Of a DNA stretch of 62,871 nucleotides, positions 27,871-36,931 are shown piece by piece. Source of the stretch: Sandaracinaceae bacterium (lineage in GTDB: Bacteria > Myxococcota_A > Polyangia > Polyangiales > Sandaracinaceae); the NCBI GenBank assembly GCA_044220955.1, contig JBGAQA010000036.1, forward strand, positions 1-62,871. Direction: 5' to 3'. Under the pieces are notes generated by a model. That model searched no databases. It was not told the DNA's origin and was given only the letters and a program-made list of their open reading frames with translations. Position 1 is the first letter of the stretch. Each line of letters opens with the position of its first letter. Both the position numbers and the translations under genes were made by a program.

Positions 27871-28071
27871 TCAAGGCTTCCACGTGACGCGGAAGCGCGC
27901 GCCCCCCGACGTGCGCTCGCCGACGACCGTCACGCTCTCGCGACCGGCGAGCGTGAGGAACGCGCGGATCGACACCGTCAGCGCGTGGATGTCGCGCGAG
28001 GGGATGCTCGCCCACCCGCTCAGCTCGCTCGCCCCGCGCTCTCGCCCACCCCTGCCGTACGAACGAGCCAC
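27871..28071 (-). pseudogene. Probable C-terminal gene remnant
   Basis: Coding-like tail IRAFLTLAGRESVTVV...ARFRVTWKP* preceded by a non-coding-like N-terminus. Confidence 0.3.
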
Positions 28072-28086
28072 GCCGTCGGATCGCGA

Positions 28087-29151
28087 CTACTCGCTGAGCG
28101 TATCGCCACCCGACGCCTGGGGCGGATGGAGCAGCGGATAGAACTGCTTGGCCCAGCGCCGGTACGCGCCGATCGGCCCGTCGCCGACCGCGAGCTGCGG
28201 CGGATGCACGTATCGCTTGTAATTCCAGATGTCGAAGTCCTGCTCGACGTCGTGGCGGTACGCGCGCATTCCGATCCGCCGCAGCGCGCGGTTCACCCCC
28301 TCGAGCGCCAGGCGTGCGCCGCGCGAGCGGCCACCGACGCGCGCGTGCGCGAATCCGATGGTGAGGTCCATGCGCTCGGTGTCGGTCGGCGTCGCGAAGA
28401 CGAAGTGGCGCGTGCGGAGGCCGAGCCGCGGCACGTCCACCTCCACGCGCGAGTACCCCAGGCCGATCACGTGGATGAAGAACTCGGCGTACACGTCGCC
28501 GAGCAGCGCGAGCTCCTGGATGTAGGGTCGGTGCATCGCGTACTTCACCGACAGGTGCCCCGGATCGGTGCGTAGCTCGCGCACGACCTTCACGTCCTTG
28601 TATCCGTGCACGACGCCGAGGTGGCCAAAGTCGACGCTGTTCTCGCTCGTCTCCTGCGGGTGACCGCGCATGGCGTAGGTGTGGAACGCCGGCTCCATGA
28701 AGTCGTCGGTCTCGACCTCCGGGATCTCGAACGTCGGGGCCTCGCCCGCCGTCCCGAGCCAGACGAGCACGAGCCCGTGCGTCTCGCGCACCGGGTAGCT
28801 CGGGACGCGCATCTTCGGCGGCGGCGGCGACGCGTAGCCGGTCGCGACGCACTTGCCGTCGGCCTGGAAGCGGAACGCGTGGAACGGACACTCGATCGTC
28901 TCGCCCTTCACGCACCCACCGTGGCCGAGGTGCGCGCCCATGTGCGGGCAGTAGGGATCGACCGCCGCGGCCCGTCCGCTCTCGGTCCGGAAGAGCACGA
29001 CGTCGCGCCCGGCCAGGCGCCGCGTGCGCGTCTGCCCGCGCTTCAGCTCGCGCGAGAGCGAGAGCATGAACCAGCCGCTCGGGAAGTTCGCGTACAGGTT
29101 CGAAGACGGATCGGCGGGCTCGCGGACGACCGGCAGAGGCTTCGAGGGCAT
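28087..29151 (-). CDS. Rieske [2Fe-2S] non-heme iron oxygenase (KshA / cholesterol 7-desaturase-like)
   Basis: CPHMGAHL...CPFH Rieske ligands; ENSVDFGHLGVVH Fe site; QDFDIWNYK. Confidence 0.88.
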   Translation of the reverse strand: MPSKPLPVVREPADPSSNLYANFPSGWFMLSLSRELKRGQTRTRRLAGRDVVLFRTESGRAAAVDPYCPHMGAHLGHGGCVKGETIECPFHAFRFQADGKCVATGYASPPPPKMRVPSYPVRETHGLVLVWLGTAGEAPTFEIPEVETDDFMEPAFHTYAMRGHPQETSENSVDFGHLGVVHGYKDVKVVRELRTDPGHLSVKYAMHRPYIQELALLGDVYAEFFIHVIGLGYSRVEVDVPRLGLRTRHFVFATPTDTERMDLTIGFAHARVGGRSRGARLALEGVNRALRRIGMRAYRHDVEQDFDIWNYKRYVHPPQLAVGDGPIGAYRRWAKQFYPLLHPPQASGGDTLSE

Positions 29152-29311
29152 CGCGGACGAGGATATAGCAGCCGCGCGAATGCTTTCACGGGCGAGGAGG
29201 AATGCCGGAGCGGCGCGGCACGGAGACGGGGCAGCGTGGCCGCTCGCCGCGGTTCGATCTCCGAGGAAGCTCGGAGACCAGGAGCGGGCTCCTCGCTTGG
29301 CTCGCGATCGG

Positions 29312-29353
29312 TTGACGAGACATGCATTGGCGTGCATATGCTTGCTCATGCAT
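29312..29353 (+). promoter_or_regulatory. Sigma70-type promoter with palindromic operator for the ArsR-SRPBCC operon
   Basis: TTGACG at 29312-29317, TATGCT at 29337-29342; dyad ATGCA-N6-TGCAT at 29322-29337 and a related ATGC-N8-GCAT at 29338-29353. Confidence 0.6.
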
Positions 29354-29674
29354 TCGAACGTGATCTTCGAGACCCTCGGAGACTCCTCGCGCAGGCGGAT
29401 CGTCGAGACGCTGCGCGGCGGCGAGCTGCAGGTGAACGACCTCGTCGATCGTCTCGACATCCACCAGTCGGGCGTCTCGCGTCACCTGCGCATCCTGGCC
29501 GAGGCCGGCTTCGTGAAGATGCGGCCGGATGGCGCGCGCCGGCTCTACTCGCTGCGGCCCGAGCCCTTCCGCGAGCTCGACGCGTGGGTCGCCGGCTACC
29601 GAGCCCTCTGGGAGGGCCGCCTCGATCGCATGGACGCCGCGCTCGCGCGCCGTCGGAAGGAGAAGAAGGCGTGA
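29348..29674 (+). CDS. ArsR/SmtB family transcriptional regulator
   Basis: FETLGDSSRRRIVETL, QSGVSRHLRILAEAGFV, RRLYSL. Confidence 0.92.
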   Translation: MHSNVIFETLGDSSRRRIVETLRGGELQVNDLVDRLDIHQSGVSRHLRILAEAGFVKMRPDGARRLYSLRPEPFRELDAWVAGYRALWEGRLDRMDAALARRRKEKKA

Positions 29675-30144
29675 CGAAGAAGAAGGTGACGATCGAGCGC
29701 ACGCTCCGCGCGCCGCTGCCGGACGTGTGGGCGCTCTGGACGACGAGGGAGGGCATCGAGTCGTGGTGGGGTCCCGAGGGCTTCCGCGTGACGGTGAGGC
29801 ACCTCGACCTCCGCCCCGGCGGCGAGCTGCTCTACGTGATGGAGGCCGTCGGCCCCGACCAGATCGCGTTCATGAAGCGCGCGGGGATGCCCACCGCGCA
29901 CGACGCGCGCATCGTGTACCGCGAGGTCACGCCGACCACGCGCCTCGCGTACCTGCACGACGTCGACTTCGTCCCCGAGGTGTCCGCCTACGAGGTCGAG
30001 ACGGTCGTCGAGCTCCGCGCGACGACGGACGGCGTCCACCTGACGCTGCGCTTCGACGCCATGCACGACGACACCTGGACCGCCCGCGCCACCGAAGGCT
30101 GGAACGGCGAGCTCGGCAAGCTCGAGAGGCTGCTCGCGCACCGA

Positions 30145-30147
<3 letters not shown>
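29671..30147 (+). CDS. SRPBCC/AHSA1 domain protein
   Basis: IERTLRAP..VWALWT, WWGPEG, DLRPGG, GWNGELGKL; GTGA overlap with arsR. Confidence 0.9.
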
Positions 30148-30227
<80 letters not shown>

Positions 30228-30309
30228 GAGTGATGAGGCTCGCTCCTTAGCAGAGGATCGCTCCTCGAGCAGAGCCGCGGGCGAGGTGTCTTCCGGAAGC
30301 CTCGACCTT

Positions 30310-30398
30310 GCGCCGGAGGTGTGCCGCTTCGAGCGCGATGGAGGGCGGAGCCGTCGTCTGCTCGACCGACCGCGGGCGAAGCGGCACTGCTCCGGCGC
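30310..30398. repeat. 89-bp hairpin element, copy 1 (22-bp terminal inverted repeats)
   Basis: Arms GCGCCGGAGGTGTGCCGCTTCG / CGAAGCGGCACTGCTCCGGCGC (20/22 complementary). Confidence 0.85.
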
Positions 30399-30508
30399 GC
30401 CCCCGTGGGGATCGCCGGCAGTGAGCATGACGAGACGTGCCCGCCCGCACGGTCGAGCAGGGGCGCCCTCGTTGTCACGCCGGGTTCCGTGCCTATTCTC
30501 GATCGGTC

Positions 30509-31885
30509 ATGCAGGGCCACACGCGCGAGACCGCCGTCGCAGGGCGCTTCTATCCGCGCGATGCTCGCGTGCTCGCGCGCGAGGTCGATCGCTACCTCGC
30601 CGAGGGAGCCGAACCGCCGCGCGGCGAGCCGCCCAAGGCGCTGATCGTCCCGCACGCCGGGTTCGAGTACTCCGGCCCGATCGCCGGCTCGGCCTACCGC
30701 GCGCTCCTGGCGGCGCGCGGGCGGATCCGCCGGGTCGTGCTGCTCGGGCCCGCGCACCGGGCGGCCGTGCGCACCCTCGCACGCCCCGAGGCCACCGCGT
30801 TCGCGACGCCGCTCGGGCCGATGCGCGTCGACGAGCGACTCGACGCGCTGCTCCCCTTCGTGCCGAAGAGCGACGCGGCGCACGCGGCCGAGCACTCGCT
30901 CGAGGTGCAGCTGCCCTTCCTCTGCCGCGCGCTCGGGCCCGACGTGACGATCGCGCCCCTCGTCGTCGGAGGAGCAGGGCCCGAGGAGGTCGCGCGCGCG
31001 ATCGACGCGCTCTGGGGCGGGGACGAGACGCTGATCGTCGTCTCCTCGGACCTCTCGCACTACCTGCCGTACGACACGGCGCGGCGCATCGACGCCTCGA
31101 CCGCGAACGACATCGTGGCGCTCGAGGGCGGCATCGAGCCCGACCGTGCGTGCGGCGCCCGCGCGATCGAGGGCCTGCTCGTGGTCGCGGCACGGCGGGG
31201 CCTCGCCGCGGCGCAGCTCGACCTGCGCAGCTCGGGCGACACCGCGGGCTCGCGCGACGAGGTCGTCGGCTACGGCGCGTTCGCGTTCTACGAGCCGGCA
31301 CCGAGCGACGAGAGCGACGACGACGCCGCGCGCGGACGCAGGCTCGTGGCGCTGGCGCGCGAGGCCGTCGACGCGGCGCTCGGCGTCCCGGGCGCGCGCA
31401 CGAGCGATGCCGCGGACGATCCCGCGTGGCTGAAGGAGCGCGCCGCCGTGTTCGTGACGCTGCACCGCAAAGACGGGAGCCTCCACGGCTGCATCGGCGG
31501 GCTCGAGGCGCAGAGGCCGCTCGGCGTGGCCGTCCGTCGCGCCGCCGCCTCCGCGGCGACCGAGGATCCGCGCTCCGAAGAGATCAGCCCGGAGGTCGCG
31601 AGCGATCTCGACGTCGAGGTGTCGTGGCTCTCGCCGCTCGAGCGCATCGAATTCACCAGCCGCGAGGATCTCCTGCGCCAGCTCCGGCCGCACGAGGACG
31701 GGCTCGTGCTCTCCTGGCACGGGCGCCGCGCGACGTACCTGCCGCAGGTCTGGGATGCGGTCCCCGATCGCGCGCGCTTCGTCGACGAGCTCCTGCGCAA
31801 GGCGGGTCTGCCGCGCGGGTTCTGGGACGACGACGTCGAGGCGCATCGCTACCGGGTGCGCAAGTACGTCGAGGCGCGCTCGTGA
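30509..31885 (+). CDS. amrB: AmmeMemoRadiSam protein B (Memo-like) fused to protein A (AMMECR1)
   Basis: AVAGRFYP, PHAGFEYSG, EHSLEVQLPFL, SSDLSHY, VVGY; then VFVTL, LHGCIG, DPR, ATYLPQVW, KAGL. Confidence 0.93.
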   Translation: MQGHTRETAVAGRFYPRDARVLAREVDRYLAEGAEPPRGEPPKALIVPHAGFEYSGPIAGSAYRALLAARGRIRRVVLLGPAHRAAVRTLARPEATAFATPLGPMRVDERLDALLPFVPKSDAAHAAEHSLEVQLPFLCRALGPDVTIAPLVVGGAGPEEVARAIDALWGGDETLIVVSSDLSHYLPYDTARRIDASTANDIVALEGGIEPDRACGARAIEGLLVVAARRGLAAAQLDLRSSGDTAGSRDEVVGYGAFAFYEPAPSDESDDDAARGRRLVALAREAVDAALGVPGARTSDAADDPAWLKERAAVFVTLHRKDGSLHGCIGGLEAQRPLGVAVRRAAASAATEDPRSEEISPEVASDLDVEVSWLSPLERIEFTSREDLLRQLRPHEDGLVLSWHGRRATYLPQVWDAVPDRARFVDELLRKAGLPRGFWDDDVEAHRYRVRKYVEARS

Positions 31886-32955
31886 CGGGCGCCCGCCATC
31901 GCGCCCGGCACTTCCACGCCGAGGGCGACAAGGTCGTCTGCGACGTCTGCCCACGCGACTGCAAGCTCGCCGACGGACAGCGCGGCCTCTGCTACGTGCG
32001 GCAGCGCGAGGGCGACGCGATCGTGCTCGACACGTACGGCCGCTCGTCGGGCTTCTGCGTCGATCCGATCGAGAAGAAGCCGCTCGCGCACTTCTATCCG
32101 GGGTCGTCGGTGCTCTCGTTCGGCACCGCCGGCTGCAACCTCGCCTGCAAGTTCTGCCAGAACTGGGACATCTCGAAGTCGCGCGCAGAGGACACTCTGC
32201 AGAGCGAGGCGACGCCCGACGCGATCGCGCGCACCGCGGCCGAGCTCGGCTGCCGCAGCGTCGCGTTCACCTACAACGACCCGACGATCTTCCTCGAGTA
32301 CGCGACGGACGTCGCCGACGCCTGCCACGCTCGCGGGATCCAGACCGTCGCGGTCACCGCGGGGTACATGCACGACGCCGCGCGGCGCGATCTCTACGCG
32401 CACGTGGACGCCGCCAACGTCGACCTCAAGGCGTTCACCGAGTCCTTCTACTGGAAGGTCACCGGCGCCCACCTCGATCCCGTGCTCGACACGCTGCGCT
32501 ACCTGGTGAAGGAGACGCGCGTCTGGACGGAGATCACCACGCTGCTGATCCCCGGGCAGAACGACTCCGACGGCGAGCTGCACGCGCTGAGCACGTGGGT
32601 CCGCGAGGCGCTCGGGCCTCACGTGCCCCTGCACTTCAGCGCGTTTCACCCCGACTACAAGATGCGCGACGTGCCCGCGACACCGCCCGAGACGCTCCGC
32701 CGCGCGCGTCGCATCGCCAAGAGCGAGGGCCTCCAGCACGTGTACACCGGCAACGTCCACGACGCCGAGGGCGACACCACGTTCTGCACCGGCTGCGGCG
32801 CGAAGGTGATCGAGCGCGACTGGTACGATCTGCTCGCGGTGCGCCTCAGCCCCGAGGGCGCCTGCCTCGCCTGCGGTACGAAGCTCGCGGGCCGCTTCGA
32901 CGGCGCGAACGAGCGCTGGGGCCGGCGGCGGCTGCCGGTGCGCATCGTCGCCTGA
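31882..32955 (+). CDS. amrS: AmmeMemoRadiSam radical SAM enzyme
   Basis: CDVCPRDC, DPIEKKPLAHFYPG, GCNLACKFCQNWDIS, FTYNDP, HFSAFHPDY, YTGNVHD. Confidence 0.95.
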   Translation: MTGARHRARHFHAEGDKVVCDVCPRDCKLADGQRGLCYVRQREGDAIVLDTYGRSSGFCVDPIEKKPLAHFYPGSSVLSFGTAGCNLACKFCQNWDISKSRAEDTLQSEATPDAIARTAAELGCRSVAFTYNDPTIFLEYATDVADACHARGIQTVAVTAGYMHDAARRDLYAHVDAANVDLKAFTESFYWKVTGAHLDPVLDTLRYLVKETRVWTEITTLLIPGQNDSDGELHALSTWVREALGPHVPLHFSAFHPDYKMRDVPATPPETLRRARRIAKSEGLQHVYTGNVHDAEGDTTFCTGCGAKVIERDWYDLLAVRLSPEGACLACGTKLAGRFDGANERWGRRRLPVRIVA

Positions 32956-32995
32956 GCTCGACCTCGTGAGCGGCGGTGGCCGTTCGATCGGCGGT

Positions 32996-33018
32996 GGGGG
33001 TTTGGGGCGAGGCCCCAA
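32996..33018. repeat. Short REP-like hairpin TTGGGGC-GAG-GCCCCAA
   Basis: 7-bp stem at 33002-33018 preceded by a G-run; more hairpins follow at about 33025-33070. Confidence 0.5.
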
Positions 33019-33104
33019 CTCCTGCGCGAATCGCGGAGCGATTCACGCGAACGGATGCGTCGCAGACGCCTTGGACTCTCCGAAGCCGCTTCCGCCCAAC
33101 CTGA

Positions 33105-33193
33105 GCGCCGGAGGTGTGCCGCTTCGAACGCGATGAGGGCGAGCCGTCGTTTGCTCGTTCCCGACCGCGGGCGAAGTGGCACACCTCCGGCGC
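33105..33193. repeat. 89-bp hairpin element, copy 2
   Basis: Arms GCGCCGGAGGTGTGCCGCTTCG / CGAAGTGGCACACCTCCGGCGC (21/22); spacer similar to copy 1; same orientation. Confidence 0.85.
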
Positions 33194-33230
33194 GACCCGG
33201 GTGAGATCGTTCGGTCGCCGCTCTCCTCGC

Positions 33231-34274
33231 TCAGCCCTGGACGCGGCGCGAGAAGCGGAGGATCGCGCGGAAGACGTCCTCGACGGACTCCGCGTCGATG
33301 CCCCGCTCGTCGGCCAGGGCGCGGCGCGCGGCGAGCATGCGCGACTCGCGCTCGGGATCGTAGAGCGGCTGGCCGAGGCGCTGCTTGGCCTTCATCGCGC
33401 GGCGCGAGAGCTCCGCGCGGCGGCCGAGGAGCGCGACGATCTCCTGGTCGAGCTCGTCGATGCGGTCCCGGGTGTTCGCGAGCTCGGGCGACGCGGGCGC
33501 GCTCGAGGCCGGCGCGGGCGCGATCGCGATCGTGTCGTGCGCGGGCTCGCCGAGCGCGGCGTTCACCGCGGTGAGCGCGTCGAGCAGGCGCCGTCGCGCG
33601 TCGCCGGCGTGCGGGTTGTCGGCGCAGATCGCCGCGAAGAGGTGCCCGGCGTCGCCCCGCACCACGTCCACGGTCCGCGCGATGGCCTGGAACGAGGGCG
33701 GCGCGAAGGGCACGCGCGTGTCGACGCCCGCGTCGAGCATGCCCTTGGCGACGAAGAACGCGAGCGCGTGGGTCTCGGCCATCGCCTTGTCGTGCGCGTG
33801 CGCGTCCTGCTCGATCGTCCAGCAACCGAGGCGCTCGTAGAAGGCCCGCGCGCGCGTCGCCGCCGTCGGGTGCGCCGCGCTCGGGCAGATCACGACGCGG
33901 AGCGGTCGCTCCGCGAGCGCGAGGCTCGTCGGCCCGAAGAGCGGGTGCGTCGCGATCCACGGGATGCGCTCGCCGAGCGCGGCGCTCATCGCCTGCACCG
34001 GCAGCACCTTCACGCTGCCCACGTCCATGACGAGCTGCTCGGGGCGGAGAAGCGGCGCGATCGACGCGAGCGCCGCCGGCATCGCGGGCACGGGCACCGC
34101 GATCACCACGAGCGGCGCGTCGGCGATCAGCGCGGCGAGGCTCTCCGCGCGGCGGGCCTCGGGCACCTCGGCGCCGGGATCGAGCGCGCGCACGGCGAGC
34201 CCCGCGTCCTCCGCGAGCTCGGCGAGCGCGCGGCCGAAGCGGCCGTGACCCAGGATCGCGACGTCGGCGGACAT
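33231..34274 (-). CDS. tyrA: Prephenate/arogenate dehydrogenase with C-terminal AroQ chorismate mutase
   Basis: GHGRFG, DVGSVK, THPLFGP, HDKAMA; C-terminal RDRIDELDQEIVALLGRR...K...YDPERE. Confidence 0.88.
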   Translation of the reverse strand: MSADVAILGHGRFGRALAELAEDAGLAVRALDPGAEVPEARRAESLAALIADAPLVVIAVPVPAMPAALASIAPLLRPEQLVMDVGSVKVLPVQAMSAALGERIPWIATHPLFGPTSLALAERPLRVVICPSAAHPTAATRARAFYERLGCWTIEQDAHAHDKAMAETHALAFFVAKGMLDAGVDTRVPFAPPSFQAIARTVDVVRGDAGHLFAAICADNPHAGDARRRLLDALTAVNAALGEPAHDTIAIAPAPASSAPASPELANTRDRIDELDQEIVALLGRRAELSRRAMKAKQRLGQPLYDPERESRMLAARRALADERGIDAESVEDVFRAILRFSRRVQG

Positions 34275-34297
34275 CGCGGGCTTCGTAGCACCGTTCT

Positions 34298-35146
34298 CTA
34301 CTGAAGGACGGGCGGGCGCTCGTCCTCGAGCGGGCCGGCCGTCGTGGCAGCGCCCTCCGCGGGGCAGCTCGCCGGGCGCTCGCGGCCGCTTCGATCCGGC
34401 GCGGTGGTCTCGGCGAGCGCGTGCGTGGCGGCGAGCGCGATGTGGAGCGTCGGCGCGTTCGCGTCGGTCGCGCAGCCGAGATCACGCACCTCGCGCAGCG
34501 CCTGCTGCGAGTCCTCGTCACGCCCCTGCTCGTGCCACACGCGCGCGCTCCGGTAGAGCGCGAAGGCATAGAGCGGGTGCCCGAGGCGGCCGAGCACGGC
34601 GCGGAAGTCCTCGAGCGCGTCGTCCCAGCGCTCGGCCTCGAAGGCGATCTCGCCGCGAACGAGCCACGCGAGGAGCACCAGATCCCGGCTCGCCTCGTGG
34701 TGCGCGATGAAGCGGCTCGCGCGGCCCTCGGCGTTGCGCTGCCCGGCGCGCCACGCGGCCCACACGCCGAGGAAGTCGAGGTCCGCCGCGAGCGCCTCGT
34801 CGCGGACGCGTGTGTCGGTCGTCGTCAGCTCGTTCATCTCGCGGAAGTGCGCTCGCTGCTCGCGGCCCTCGGTGATCTCGGCGGCGAAGAGGTGGGCGCG
34901 CGCGAGGTCCCGCTGCGCGCGCAGGCGCTCGACGCCCCGGGCCGTGCGCCGCGCCGCCTCGAGCGCGTCGAGGCTCTCTGCAGGGCGCGCGAGCACATCG
35001 ACGAGGCTGCCGCCGACCTCGAGGAGGAACGCCGCGCTGTCCGTCGCCGGCGCCGAGACGGTCGTGTCGTCGAACGCGGCGTCCGAGGCGGCCGCTCCGC
35101 AGGCCGCGAGGACGAGCAGGGCCAGGGCGACGGGGGCGAGACGCAC
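34298..35146 (-). CDS. TPR-like lipoprotein
   Basis: Lipobox LAAC; AWLVRGEIAFEAERWDDA..F and YAFALYRSA TPR-like helices. Confidence 0.7.
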   Translation of the reverse strand: MRLAPVALALLVLAACGAAASDAAFDDTTVSAPATDSAAFLLEVGGSLVDVLARPAESLDALEAARRTARGVERLRAQRDLARAHLFAAEITEGREQRAHFREMNELTTTDTRVRDEALAADLDFLGVWAAWRAGQRNAEGRASRFIAHHEASRDLVLLAWLVRGEIAFEAERWDDALEDFRAVLGRLGHPLYAFALYRSARVWHEQGRDEDSQQALREVRDLGCATDANAPTLHIALAATHALAETTAPDRSGRERPASCPAEGAATTAGPLEDERPPVLQ

Positions 35147-35220
35147 GGCCACATCGTAGCGGACTTCGCGCCCTGCTCGCTTGACAGCGAGCGCTCCGGG
35201 GCGGACGCCTCGCTCGCCGG

Positions 35221-36195
35221 ATGACCACCCCGACGCCACGGCTGGCACGCCTCGCGTGGGCCACGCTCGCCTACAACGTGCTCGTCATCCTCTGGGGCGC
35301 TTTCGTGCGCGCCACGGGGTCGGGCGCCGGCTGCGGGGCGCACTGGCCGCTCTGCAACGGGGAGGTCGTGCCGCGCTCGCCGAGCGTGGCGACGCTCATC
35401 GAGCTCACGCACCGCGTGACGAGCGGCGCGGCGCTGATCCTCGCGCTCGTCCTCTACCTCGCGGCGCGCCAGGCGACGCCGGCGGGCTCGAGCGTGAGGC
35501 GTGCCGCCGTGTGGGTCGTCGTCCTCGAGCTGATGGAGGGCGCGGTCGGTGCGATCATCGTGCTCTTGCGCTACGTCGGGACGGACGCGTCGGCAGAGCG
35601 GACGTTCTCCGTCGCCGCGCACCTGACGAACACGTTCTTCCTGCTGGTCGTGCTCGTGATCACGGCCCTTCGCGCGTCCGGCGTCGCGCGCCCCGCTGCC
35701 CCGAGCGCGGCCCGCAGGCGCCTCGTCGCGCTCGCGGTCGGCCTCTCCGTCGTCGTCGGCATCGCGGGGGCGATCACCGCGCTCGGCGACACGCTCTTCC
35801 CCGCCGAGTCGCTGGCGAGCGGCCTCGCGCAGGACGCCTCGCCGACGGCGCACTTCCTCGTGCGGCTGCGGGTGATCCACCCGCTCATGGCCACGCTGAC
35901 GGCGCTCGTGCTCGCGGGGGTCGCGGGGACCGCCACCCTGGGCAGCCCGAGCCCCCTGCTCAAGCGCAGCGCGATCGCCGTCGTGGTGACCCAGCTCGCC
36001 CAGATCGCCTGCGGCGTCGTGAACCTGGTGATGCTCGCGCCGGTCCCGATGCAGATGCTGCACCTACTCTTCGCGGACCTCGCCTGGATCGCGCTGGTCG
36101 TCTTCTCGGACCGCTTCCTCGGCGAGCCGGTCAGCGCGCGCCACGCGCCCCTTCAGGACGTCGGCGAAGCGGACCCCCGGCCTGGCGGGCGGTAG
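35221..36195 (+). CDS. ctaA: Heme A synthase (COX15/CtaA)
   Basis: [38 protein letters not shown]; about 8 TM segments. Confidence 0.92.
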   Translation: MTTPTPRLARLAWATLAYNVLVILWGAFVRATGSGAGCGAHWPLCNGEVVPRSPSVATLIELTHRVTSGAALILALVLYLAARQATPAGSSVRRAAVWVVVLELMEGAVGAIIVLLRYVGTDASAERTFSVAAHLTNTFFLLVVLVITALRASGVARPAAPSAARRRLVALAVGLSVVVGIAGAITALGDTLFPAESLASGLAQDASPTAHFLVRLRVIHPLMATLTALVLAGVAGTATLGSPSPLLKRSAIAVVVTQLAQIACGVVNLVMLAPVPMQMLHLLFADLAWIALVVFSDRFLGEPVSARHAPLQDVGEADPRPGGR

Positions 36196-36501
36196 CTCGC
36201 TCGCGGGGAGCTCCGCGAGCAGCGAGGGCGCGCCCGACTCGCCCGCGCCGACCAGGAACGCCCGCTCCCCGATCTGCACGAGGTAGAGCGTGCGCCGCGC
36301 GTCGAGGTGCGCGCGCTCGATCACCCGGATCCGCTGCCCACCGCCGAGCGAGCCGAGCCCGCGCCCCGCGCTCCAGCGCAGGACGACCCACGCGAGGATG
36401 CAGACCGCGACGAGCGCGAGCAGCGACTGCGCGAGCGCCACGCCGTAGCCGCCCGGCAGGTCGGCGCCATGCGACGTGGTCGTCTGAAGCAGGAGCAGCA
36501 C
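36064..36501 (-). CDS. FliO-family membrane protein
   Basis: TM helix followed by [28 protein letters not shown]...SLLAEL and FADVL. Confidence 0.78.
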   Translation of the reverse strand: MLLLLQTTTSHGADLPGGYGVALAQSLLALVAVCILAWVVLRWSAGRGLGSLGGGQRIRVIERAHLDARRTLYLVQIGERAFLVGAGESGAPSLLAELPASELPPARPGVRFADVLKGRVARADRLAEEAVREDDQRDPGEVREE

Positions 36502-36556
36502 GCGAGCTCGATGGTCGCGGGATCCGCCGGCCGAGGCAACTCGCTATCCTCCGACC

Positions 36557-36916
36557 ATGTCCCAGATCCTCGACCTGCCGCTCTACGTGCCCATCCCCGT
36601 CGGCCACCGCGTCAGCATCCTGCCGCTCGAGATGATGATCACGCCGCTCTTCGGCGGGCCGCCGAGCTGGCAGCCACTCTCGATGCCGCTCGTCTGCGAC
36701 GAGAACACCCGGATCATCTACGCCGATCGCTCGCTCGAGCTCAGCCCCGAGACGACCTACGAGCAGATCCTCTTCAAGGACCCGGCGACGCGCATCTCGC
36801 AGAGCCAGCCGGCGACGCGCGGCGTGGTGCTCGCGTGCCTCGCGCTCTGCGACTCGGGCGACACGGTGCGCATGCACACGATCCTGCGCGTCGACACCAG
36901 CCCACGCCTCACCTGA
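36557..36916 (+). CDS. Hypothetical protein
   Basis: Coding-like codon usage; TATCCT 6 nt upstream of the ATG. Confidence 0.6.
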   Translation: MSQILDLPLYVPIPVGHRVSILPLEMMITPLFGGPPSWQPLSMPLVCDENTRIIYADRSLELSPETTYEQILFKDPATRISQSQPATRGVVLACLALCDSGDTVRMHTILRVDTSPRLT

Positions 36917-36931
36917 GCCGGCGCGGCGACG

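Noticed and set aside
30310..33193. CRISPR array
   Set aside because: Only two repeat copies 2.8 kb apart, no spacer periodicity and no cas genes
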